A stretch of 64,000 nt of DNA from contig CM022669.1 in the NCBI GenBank assembly GCA_012295275.1, positions 1,612,001-1,676,000 of the forward strand, read 5' to 3'. The notes below the pieces were generated by a model that was given only the letters and a program-made list of their open reading frames with translations, ran no database searches and was not told the origin of the DNA. A program made the position numbers and the translations under genes. Source of the stretch: Chrysomallon squamiferum. Taxonomy: Eukaryota > Animalia > Mollusca. This document shows, piece after piece, positions 42,801 to 55,434 of this stretch (the first letter of the stretch is position 1; each line of letters opens with the position of its first letter).

Positions 42801-42992
42801 ACTATGTTTAATACTATAACTAGCTGTGTAAACATGGAAAATATTGGGAAAGACGATCTAATTGATTAATATAAATATACTTGTAGAACATTTTAGGATT
42901 TTTTTCTTTTTCTTCTTTTTTCTTCTTTTAATGGGGGTCGCTTTATTACTTTAAAACAATAATGTGTTAGCTTTCAGTACACGTTTTACATT

Positions 42993-43097
<105 letters not shown>

Positions 43098-44202
43098 TCA
43101 TTTATTTATTTTTAAATTCGTTTATCATCTCGTAGAACAGAACCTCACTGTAGAATTCTTTTCACTTTATCATATTTCTATTCATTAAAAGTGACTGAAA
43201 TTTAGGTTGAGTCCATTCATGATTATTTTAAATAATAATTATAACAATTTAATAGTACACCAACACCACTACTGCTACTATCATTCATCAACATCTACTA
43301 CTAGTACTACTATAAATGCAACTAAATCATTTAACCAGCAAACTTAGGACAGCTGATGACCCGGATTCTGGACCAAGACAGAATATTTAATATATAAACA
43401 ATGAAAAATGAAAAATGTTAATGAAATTCTATGTATAAGGTACATATTAATATACTTCTTAAGCAGGTTTACTGGTAATTCCGATTTTCTAGAAGGTCGA
43501 CAAATGGTCTGGTGCTTATACTATTACTACCATTATTATTTCAAATATTATTATGTCTATAACTTTGCTATTATTATTATTACTACTACCTACCACTACC
43601 AATATTTCTATTAATACTATTTCTACTATTGCTGCTGCTGCCAACCATTAAGCTAATAAATTACACTCGACCGTCATGTAAGCACCTCCTTTATTCTCGT
43701 TTCAATCTTAACATAAGAAAATTGCATACCTATGCTGATAGCTACAATTACTTACTCTAAATGTGTGTTCTGGTGCAATAAAATGTCAGCTGCTCAATTT
43801 ATGAAGTAAAATTCTTCCGTGGTATGGTTGGACTACTCATTAAAGAATGCTATACTTGTTCTCGGATATATGCAGATAAAAATCAGAAAATATTTTTGCT
43901 AACTAAGTTCACAGAAACTGATCTAAAATATTATCTCAACATTTAAAAATATTTAAAAGTTTGAGAAATGGCACAGTATAACTTTATGTTCATTTTTAGT
44001 GTATGCGTATATATATGTGTGTGTGTGTGTCTGTGTGTGTGTGTGTTTATGTATGTATATGTATGTTCATGTATAAGTATGTATGTGTTAATACGTATGT
44101 ACATATGGAGAAATGCATTATGCTAATTTCTATTTGGTTCTGTTATTAATATAAATATAATGAATGCTCTTCTGAGTTTTCTTATTTGTAATGGTTTCAT
44201 TA

Positions 44203-44264
<62 letters not shown>

Positions 44265-47200
44265 CAAGTTTAATTTAAAAAAATATTAAATATCTACACC
44301 TGGGACACACCCTCTTGGTTTTGACGTTTACATTAACAAGATTATGCAAGATCTCTGTACACATATATAACAATAAAAAAAATAAATAATAAAAAAATGA
44401 AACAAGAAAATCACTCCGCAGGAATCTGCGATTAAATTCATACAGTATGATGTAAGAGGGAAAAATAATGTTAAATATAAAATAGATGGCGCTGTTTTAC
44501 ATTTCCTTTATACATTATGAATCTGCGTTTTATATTTTGTTTTATTTCTTACTGATGTAAACTAAAACACTTTCTAATTTATATTTTATATTCTTCAAAA
44601 ATACTTCACGACTGGTTTTATACGTACTATTTTTGTTTCTGCTTCCAGTCCTGTCTTTGTTCGACACAAAACACACACACTCACACACACACTCGCACAC
44701 ACACACACACAAACACACACACACTCACACACATACAGACATACAAACACATTATTTATATTGTTCTTTTTGATTCTGCTAATTTGTTACATTATTATTT
44801 ATTTATTTTGGTTGTTGTTGTTATTACTATTAGTATTAAACAAGAAAACAGATAAAAATAAATAAATTTAATAAATAAGTAAGTACATAAATAAATAAAT
44901 AATGTTTCTAACATGCGTCCTTGTTTACTATTAATATGTCAAAGTTCCGTTCACCGGTAAAAGTTTTCTGATAAACTGGAAACAGTTGCCACACAGAAGA
45001 AAATAATGAAATATCCGCGATCTCGAACATTCGCTCAAGCGCGTTGAAAAAATCAAAATACATGTTTTATTACATTTTAATTAATAAGGTCTAGTTACAT
45101 GAACTTATTAAAACAATAATAACTGAAATAAATAAAGAATTTATTGACTGACATTAAATTTCTTTTTATAATGTAATGGATATCAGCTTAATTATAGTTT
45201 TATTTATTTCGAGCTAATGATTTTGATGAATTATGGGAACCGATCAAGTGTACTGTTCCGAGCCAGACTATTTTTGATTAACAGTTGAGCAGGTGCAATA
45301 AAACAGCCTCTTAAAGGCAAATAAATCTAGCAGAACTGGCTTATTTGATAGCTCTTCCATACTGGCATATGTTATTTCATTAACGAGTGTGGTTTTCAGC
45401 AGATTTGATCAAGTAAATTAACATGAAACGACAGGTGAACGTTTTTTGTTCGAGGTCACTGTAAGTGCAGACTTTGTGTATGACATTGTTACTAACTACT
45501 AAAGAAGCATTGTGCTTTTATTATTACTCAGTATATAATGTATTGTTTTGTTCCGAGAGTTCCTGTATCTGAAAAAAATATTTAAGTTTTTTGCTTGTGA
45601 CTTTAGTGATCACTCATTTTATTTTGTTTTGTTTTTGTTTCTTCTTTTTTTCTCTCTCTTTTCCTTTATTTATTTATTTATTTATTTTTATCACTTAAAG
45701 TGTTTATTAATCGTATTTTTTGGTTCTTATCTTTCTTAAATGTATTTTCATTTTTTTTTTTTTCATTGATTTAAAATCTGTCTTTGTATTTTTAATAATT
45801 GATTGTATCTTTTTTTCTTTTTTTTTTAGTGAAATGAAGTAAACATATTTGCCAGGAACAGAAAGATTTTTGTAACTGAAGGAGGCAAGAAATAAACAGG
45901 AATGAAGAGGACCTTTGAGAGGATGTTTCTCACAATTAAAAGGTTAAATAAAATTATAATTATCGCAAATTGCATTTGGACATTTTATAAAACAGAAAGT
46001 CAAGTGTTCAGAAAAGCAATAATTAAATTAAAAAAAGAAAAATTTAACTATCAGTTATATCTCGTGGTATCCATACAAAGCTAGTTTGCATTATAAACCA
46101 CACACACACACACACACAGACACAATATTTACTTGTTTGATGCCGTTTGGGCACAACTGCAATTTTGATGAAATCTTGATTTTTAACTCTGCAAAGAAAA
46201 GTGAAGACAAAGTTGGTAAATTCAGCATTTACGCTAGAAACAAATATATATATATATATAATCTGACAATTCATACCTTCACTTCTAATTGTATTACAAA
46301 CATAGTTTTTATACCACATTAACCAGACCAAATATATAGAGATGATGAAATATATTTAGAGGGGATAAATTAGAAAATCTGAAATATTAATTTTTTAGGC
46401 GGGTTTATCTTCTTCTTTTTTAACACTTTGCACTTTTCTTCAGCTTCAAGGTACCTTAGTGCTAGTAAAGGCTATATAATGACGAAAATAACTGCTGAAA
46501 AACTACACAAATTTTGTGCTGAAGGCCTCCAACATCATACCGAGAAATGATACGCCTAAATAATGTTGATAATTTATCAGCTAAGGTGAAAGCTCAGTCA
46601 GACAATGTATATGTTTGTAAACGGCTCCGATATCTTTTCTACTCAGAATTAATCGCTCAAATCGTAATGTTATGTGGTTAAATTAACATCTGAGGAAAAG
46701 AACATCTTATGTTCACAAACAAAAACCTTCAAAGAAAACTGAGGAGGTTCTCTGGTTAGCGATTAGATCGACAGAATAAGCGATCTGAAGACGTCTCTCT
46801 CAGAAATAATCAAGAGCTTTTTATAGTTTTTAATCAAGGTTTTCTACCACAAATTCAAGGGTGGCACAAATTTTCACATTAGCAAACAAAAGAAGCTAAG
46901 ATTTTTTTTCTTTTCGGTCGAGGCTGTTTATATGAAGCATGATCGTAGAACTAGCGCTATGGGCGTATAAAACTAGTGTATGAATGATATTCGTGAAACA
47001 TGTTCCGAGAAACATAATGCATGGCCTGGTTCCCTCCCATAATGCAGACATGCATTTTGATAGACAAAACTCTATACTGGGTCATGTAATGTATCCTGTA
47101 CACACACCCGTTTGCTCCAGTCTGTTCAGCAAGCTTAACGCTTGTTGTTGTTGTTCCACACAAACAACTAGGAGATCTTAATTGTAATCTGCTAAATGGA

Positions 47201-47581
47201 ATTAAGAAATGCAAAGATACTGTGTTTTATGAAGTCCCTGTTTTTAGATTTTAACTCATAGGCTTTCCACTGCAATATCGGTATTCGATTCATTTCACTT
47301 CAGAAAGACAGTGTTTATATATCAAGGAATATCATGTCTCTGACGACCAGAATCTAGTATTGCAATGGTCATACATTTAACCCATATCTAATCACAGACA
47401 TAAAATATAAAAATTCTTATACATTACTACATGTACCTACCAAAAAACAGATACAAAATTTGTAGTTATGGCTGATCTTTGAAGGGTAGAATTTGTTCAG
47501 TCACAAAAAGCAGACCACAAATAATACTGGACGGATTTCTATTTGCAAAGAATCGCATCAAAAACGTGACAAAAACGTGAT

Positions 47582-48249
47582 CCGGTGTAGCAGTTAATTA
47601 CAAACCTCTGGAAATCGCAAATGCTAGGGGTTTTAATTTCCTAGGAAATCGCACAGCCCATAGCATCCTTGTTACTAACATCTTCTGGCAGAGCAATGGC
47701 ACAGGCCTCGTAGGACCGATGAATCTCAGTGAGAAGGGAAACATGTATATACTGTTTCTGACTACTACAACAGGTGTTATCACAACTTTAATTAATTAGT
47801 GTTTATGAAGGAAGTTGGTCAATAAATAATTTCAAATCAGACTGTTGCTCTTATTATTTTTTAGTTGTATATAACAAGTATGGGACTAGAGCTTTTAGTA
47901 GCTGGAGTTAAAAACAGTCAGAAAACCCTCAAATTTTAGGGTAGTGGCGGGATGAAATACTTTTGTTGCAGTTTAACAGACATACTGTACTTTAAACCAT
48001 TCTTAAACACAAATATAATTATAGTTTTGCCAAAAAAAAGTTTTGATCCATTTCTGACGTACGTATATGTTGTTGATATTAAAATCACATATGGCAGGAA
48101 GGCCTATGGGGAGATGCAATTTAAAACACCATCACTACTGGTGTATAATGAGGGTGATTTCTGATTTCCAGGGGGGGATATTTAATTTCCTAATAAAATG
48201 CGAGTCTGGGTTTGAGGTTTACAGAGTCTGTGATTTCCTGCCACACAGG
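47582..48249. mobile_element. Old non-autonomous TIR DNA transposon
   Basis: The left end ccggtgtagcagttaattacaaacctctggaaatcgcaaa aligns imperfectly over ~40 bp with the reverse complement of the right end (cctgtgtggcaggaaatcacagactctgtaaacctcaaa). A subterminal motif ggg..tttaatttccta recurs. No clear TSD and no transposase. Confidence 0.5.
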
Positions 48250-48589
48250 GAACTGCGCCACTGTCGGCGATTTTATCGGCACACATCAGAACACAACCAT
48301 CTTCAAAGTCACCTGAATGTTGCTCGGTTTATCAGCATACTACGGAAGTGACCAAGAGAAGAAACAACACCAATACAGCAAATATACAATGATGACGTTG
48401 CAAAACAAGCATGAGCACTGTACAGAGAGAGACGAGTTCTGATACCTGCCCTACCACAGATTAGAGCCGATATATGGTTTCTGGCATCAGAACAAAAAGT
48501 AATCTGGAGATTTTTCATTCCACAATGAAGTGGTCAATTTTATTTCACCATCCAAATATATACAGATTTGTAGAATTGATAAAATAAAT

Positions 48590-48678
48590 AGAAACATCAG
48601 AAGGCACAGCTAACCCTTAGCCAGAAACACTGAATCGGTGTTTCTGTCTAAGGGTTAGCTGTGCCTTCTTATGTTTCT
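48590..48678. repeat. Near-perfect palindrome: 42-bp stem, 5-nt loop
   Basis: agaaacatcagaaggcacagctaacccttagccagaaacact-gaatc-ggtgtttctgtctaagggttagctgtgccttcttatgtttct, with two C/T mismatches and one T-G pair. Confidence 0.95.
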
Positions 48679-51600
48679 TGGATATCTTTTAAAATTAGCA
48701 TAAAAATGGGTCGGGTGGACATTTTAAAATCAATCAATAAATCTAATTTTAAATAATTTTGTTCTGTGTTCTGAATTTAGTTGTATCAGATTATTCTATT
48801 ATTTACTACACGAATTATTCAAGGTAAACGGCAGGTCATTAGTAATGTGTTCAACCGTGTCGCTGTTGTGTTAATGCGTCTGCGTTATGGGACGTCTGAC
48901 TTTTAGGAAGACATCCATGGCCGCTATCCCAAAACTCTTCCTTTTATTATTACATAACTCGTTTTCTTTCCGACAAAAAGAAAAATTTATGTGTCTTTGT
49001 TTTTGTTGTTGGTTTTTATTAATTTTGGTTTTATATATCTATATTTTTAAATGTATGTATCTCGGTGTCAGTAATTTCTAGGAATAGTAAATGCGAGATA
49101 TATTTTTGTCATTTCGTAATATATTCGTTTTTTAATTTGGTAACGCTTTGGGCGACATTTGTAATTCTTCTTTCTCAGTGACTCATCATCAGTGTCGCAG
49201 TTTGAAATGATTACCCTTTGTACTCTGCTTGTGTGTGTGTGTGTTGTTCTATATCTTATTAGAATTGTTGTTGTTGTTGTAAATATTGATGATGATGTTT
49301 CTGGTGACTGTGGGATTCATTGTATAAAACAACAAATTCATAATTATAATAATAACAGAACAGTGTAATAATAATAAATAATACAAATACTGATCGACCT
49401 TTCTCTGCCATGTTGTTACAGGCAAACATACACAAAACTCCAAGAATGTATTTCTATTATTACTATATATTTATTTATTTATTTTTATATATATATATAT
49501 ATATTTTTTTTTTTGATTTCTAATTGGGTTCCAATCTTATTTACACAAAGCAAATTCTTTGTTCTTAAAAAACAGAACACAACTTTATTTACACACAGTA
49601 TATTTAGCCATGTTGAACAAGAATGTACATGATAAATTTTTATAATTTGTTTTACAGGAAAATACATTATATATGCAATTTAAATAGATAATAAAAATAA
49701 CTGTAACTTGCAAAAATAATTACCCCGAAGGTAACAATAGTAAGACTGTAGTTGCTGTACAGCTACAATAACAAATTTAGTAACAAATTACTCAGGTTTT
49801 ATTTTGTTCATTTGTACGTGTTTATTAAACACCACACAAATTAGAAATAAACATTTTTACTTATGTTCTTATACTTCGTTCTTTCGTCCATTCAAATCGT
49901 GTTTATAAAATGCTTTTATTATTCCAAAAATGATTTATTTTTTTTCTTATTATTTCTTTCTTTAACGACACAGCTCTAAATAAAGCCAGGTTCAGTGTTT
50001 ACTGACACTGTCACGAGGAACATACAATACATATTAATATATACGACGTGACATCATTGTATTACTTATGCTAAAGATAGCCGGTACTTGTTGATATTTA
50101 AGGTACTCGATGCATTTCTTGAAAATAACTGTTTCAGTGAAACGTTAAATGAATGCATGTTTCACGAAATTTTAACATCATTTATATGAATGGTTGTCAA
50201 GTATCAAACCTGAGTTTTTCATTTTCCTCGTTTGTGGTTTACCTTTTTTTGATTATAATGATTTATTTTATTTTCGTATAATTACGATACAGACCGTCCA
50301 CAACTCAAGTGTTTCTGGGTAACCGAGGTCACCCCACGGGTAGCTCATATTATTAAAAACTATTATTTATTTTATTTCATTTTACAAACTGTTTTTTTTA
50401 TAAGACAGGATGCGAAGCTGGCTACTGGTTTGTAATTGAATCATACTTACTTTGCTATTTTCCCTTTTACAAGGAATAAGAGTGAAAACTTCTGTCTTTT
50501 TTCTTTCTATCTTTCTTTCTCTTTGTGCTATTTTTTCTCTTTCTTTTTTTCGTATTCTATCTCTCTGGTCCTGCAGGAGTTATAGGTAACAGATATTTTT
50601 GTCTCTTATGCACCTTTCTTTCTTGCTTTGTTTTCTTTTGTTTTTTCTTATTTTGCTCTTTATTTATTTATGTATTTATTATTATTATTATTATGTGGTT
50701 TGTTTGTTTCTTTCTTTTTTTCTTTTTACTCTTTTCGTAATTTCCTAATTTCACAGGTGCAATGATTAATATTAGTGATCCATGACCTCAAAAATATTTA
50801 AAAATAGATATTCAAATATGCCGAAGCACTTGGTATTAAAATAGTTAAGCTCCTCGGGCAAATATATATCAAAAAGCCAGATGAATCTAATAGTTTGTGA
50901 GATATGACTCGGTATTCTCGTGTGTCAGTTTTACAGTATTTCCGTTTTTCGTACACGTTTTACTTTTATCATGAAATTAATGTTTCCAGGCAAGATCTTC
51001 GATTTACTCTCACTTTCTCAAACTTAGTGGCAAACCATACTAGTTAGAGTTATCGTTTATTTAATACACTAGGTGACGTTTGGTGGATTTATTATTACTA
51101 TTTTTTTTCTTCTAAAACACTTAAAGAGAAATCCACAGTTATCTTCATTATCAACATTCAAGAAGAACAAGAAGAACAGCAATGAAACAACAACAACCTC
51201 AACAATTATTATTAATTATTTAATAAATTAACTGGTTTATTTAATTATTTATGTTCGTTTCATTGTTTATTTAGTATTCTTGCCGTAACAGATGTCTAAA
51301 CAGATATCTTTGTGACATTTGTATTTTTATAGTTTATTATTATTTATCAATTTATTATAATTGTTATTATTATTGTTATTGTTATTGTTATTGTTGTTTA
51401 CTTTTGTTGTTATTGTCATTGCTTCCTTGTAATCCAAAAGTTTTTTGTTTTTCTTCTATTCTTCTGCTTGTTCTATCTTTCCCATCCGGACAGTAGACCA
51501 CAGTGCATATTTTAAACAGTTTGTATTGCTATTAATATGCTTGGATGATCTTCACTGCAAAAGGATTATCTGAACCTAATGATCCAAAGATCAAACAGGC

Positions 51601-51822
51601 CTTGGAAATATCACCTAAAAAATCAAGACATCAAGAAACCATAGATTATAGGGCTTCTTGAAGCCAATTTCGATCAGGCAAAATATCAATTCTACATCAG
51701 ATAAAACCTTTATAAGGTCCAAGAATACTAAGTCATTATTCTTTCCTTGAAAACCAGCGATATTATCAAGAACGATATAACAAGAACAGTTTTAAGTTAA
51801 GGGTAAGTGAAAAATTAACTTA

Positions 51823-52019
51823 CTAATTACAGCAAGCTGTTGTGAAGCACGCCTGCGACAGTCACGCTCTCTGACAAAGCCTGGGGCGTGACTGTCACTG
51901 AGTCAAGATAACTGAACCGAAAAAATGAACGTGCTAATTACAGCAAGCTGTTGTGAAGCACGTCTGCCACAGTCACACACTTTGACAAAGCCAGGGGGCA
52001 TGTCTGTCACTGAGTCAAG
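51823..52019. repeat. Tandem duplication of an ~85-bp GC-richer module, period 111
   Basis: Copies at 51823-51907 and 51934-52019 both start ctaattacagcaagctgttgtgaagcacg and end ctgtcactgagtcaag. Confidence 0.92.
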
Positions 52020-53285
52020 TTAAATATTACTTATATACTAAGACTGAAGATGGAGTGTCACCTTGCCAATTGTGAGTCGTGGTTAATGGACTGAACTTTT
52101 ACCATTGCTCCAATAATGTCAAGTCAAATTGCCTACTCGTCGAAATAACTCGTCTACAGAAATACCTGATTACCTCTGTATGTAATGAACTTGACCTCTT
52201 CATGTTCATACACGTTTTGATTATAGGCGGACAATGGTTTATTTACCAGTATACATAAATCTGGTTTCATTATTATCCTTCTGCTGCCATAAAGTTGGCG
52301 CTTGATTCTAACATTCAGGGCGGAACGTATTTTTTTGTAAATCGATTAGGTAATATCAATCGAAAGCAGAACAAGCGTTCACTACTCATTGTTCTAGATT
52401 ATTTACTTTTCCAATCACAGCCAAGATGTTGCAGGTCGTGAGATCGATCTTCTTCTTCTTATTATTATCATCATCATCATCATCATCATCTACCTCCCCC
52501 TCATAATTATGATGATTAATCATCATCATTATAGTGAGATATCGTTAAGCGGGAGACAAATTTATATGGTTACGTTCTTCGCGATTGAAATTTAACACAA
52601 AAAACAAGTCAAATAAGGAGAAATAAAACAGCAGTTTAGACATAAATGATTTAATAGATTGTAGATATTAAACAAACAGTAAATCATTTACAAATCAATT
52701 TATACAAATACATTAAGAAATAATTATATGCCGCTGCTATGGGTCCATTTTTGGGGTTTAGTATTCATTTAGGATATCGTATCTTGTTTCTAAAGTTATT
52801 ATCTTCAGTTTGTTTTATCATCAGCATTCGCGGCGTACTGTTATTCAAAACGACATATTGGAAGGGTAAAATACAAAAGCATTAAGTCTAAATGGAAGCA
52901 GAAGAGAAAAGAGAATCTGAACATCATATGTACGTATGACGTCTGCATGTCAACTAATCAACACAGCTGAGGGACGCTCGTGAACGATCGAGAAACGAAC
53001 GAAAAACGGACTTAAATGTATGCATTGTACCTATTTGAATCATTTGCGTGGTACTTAATGTTAACTGCGAAGCCAAGGAAAGAGAAACGAAAAATGAAGA
53101 ACATGACTCGTTACCATTATCATAGTATTGAAAATTCGGCCCAAGTAGAAAACTCGCATTTTTCAGTTAAATATTCTGTTAAGATAAAATAAACAAGGTA
53201 AATAACAATTACAGATAACAGCATAAAATTTAGAAAGAAACTCGGTTCGAAATGCAATTTGCTTCAAGAATTTCTTGCTGGCTTC

Positions 53286-53317
<32 letters not shown>

Positions 53318-55434
53318 TGAAAAAGGTACCTTTTTTTTTCTTGAGTTTTATTTCTTCATTTTCTTTTCTTTTTATTTTGTTGTTGTTTTCGTTTTGTTTA
53401 TAAATTTTGCTTTCTTTTAATTTTTGGACTACACGCTACTTCTTTTTCCTTTTTCTTTATTATTTGTTCTTTCTATTTTAGACCTTTTATAGTTGTCTCT
53501 CTTTATAAATACGGTGCTTGGTTTTAAAGTTTATTATGTTAATGGTGATATCATTATTTTATTTTTTACGATGGTTGTAAGTCAGGAAAACCAATTATCA
53601 AAATAATAAGGTAAATCTGAGCTCACCTGCCAAGTTGTTCTCAAGATTAAACGAGCCATTGATGATATCTCTGGCGTCTAGAATCCCCGGTAACAGATGC
53701 AAAAAAAAGGATCTTAAACTTTCATCTATTGACAGCAGTAGCAATAATAGTACTAGCAGTATTAGTATTAGCAGTAATAGTACAGCATGTTTTCTAATGT
53801 ATATATACTCTATCATATACCAAATACATCAACAGACCCGCATGCATATAAAACGTCTTTGATGACGTGAACATATCATTCCTAGCTTATTTCAGTTCCG
53901 TTCTCTGACAGTTTAAAATAGACTCCATCCTTACCATTAGAATGATTTTCCTCTTTTCTTGGTTCTAACAATTTCTGCATATATTTAGTGTTTCAGCTGA
54001 GAAACATGAAAGATTCTCGCTTTCAGAAAACATGGTTTTTGTTGTGTTAACAAGCACGAAATCGCTCAACGTGTACCAAGCAATCTGGCAGTTTAGCCGT
54101 GACGCGTTTTATCTCTGAACATCTGAACAGTATTTAGCACCGAAATATAAACAGATTATATCCACGTACATAATTATAGCAGCCTTGAACTGTTGTCTTA
54201 TAATAAAAGATGTCATTAATTTTAAGGTACTCGTGTTCTTGAATAAACGGCAATGAACGCACCAAACAATGTGTTGTTAAATTAATTGTTAAAGCGATAG
54301 GAAGAAAGAGAGTGTGGATAGGGGGAGAGTGACAAAGAGTTAGGACGAGAGATTGATGTGAAAATGAGAAAGAGAAATAAATTAAGTTCAGGAAAAGATG
54401 AAGTGAGAGAAAGGCTGGTGATGTAATGAAATAAACAAGTAAAGATATAAATTGTTAGGAAAAGAACGCAAACTATGATCAAATTTCAACCTAAAAACCT
54501 TCTTATAGATATACAGATAAACAAATAGACTTTTTGGCAAACAAGTGGTTTCAGAAATCAGGAAACAAATTTAGATTCCAAGATATGAAAAACAACCTGA
54601 AGACAAATGAGTGTAAAAATGTGAATTATATATATATATATATATATTTTTTTTTTTTAAACGGACAGAAATATTTGTGTAGTAGAACAGTTTCTCAGAA
54701 TCGCACAGCATCGATATCATCAAAGACATTCTGACCACTGTGTTTGCGTGAACCTTTGACCCAAATAATTAACATAAATATATTTTCCAGCAGCTGACTC
54801 CAGTTAAAAACATCTAAACGAGCGCTTTGATTGCTTGCTAAGATTAGACACTGTTGGTGGAAAATTTCGCAGTGCTGGGCTCAGTTTTAAGTTAATTTAA
54901 AATATGTTTCGCTGTGGTTTATTTGGAGGAACAGTTTGTAGACAGTATTATTTGTACCAATTTACTATTATAGCCTCAATAGGCATGGAAGAAATCGAGA
55001 TAATTAAATAATTAATACTAGCTGATTTAGATATAATTTAACAATTACAATGTCCTTGATTTGAATGAAATTAATAACAATGTGGAGCGTTGTTTTAAAC
55101 CCTGTATTTCAATCTTTGATAAATAATAAAGGATAAAAATAAAATAAAATGCAGATACAGAGACGCAGATCTGAATTTTTCTTGTCTTGTTTTATAAAGA
55201 GAAAGATAATAATGATGATGATAATCATAACAACATATTAATAAATGTGGATTATTATTATACTTTTTAAAATGATTTTCTAAAAAGATGTACGTTTTGG
55301 TGAATTTTATATGTACTGATATGTGTGATTATTCGTATATTCGAATGTACATGCATACAAATCCGAGTGCACAAGCATCTACATCAGTTTCAAACATCTG
55401 ACAATGGATTACAATAAATAACAACGTCTACATG

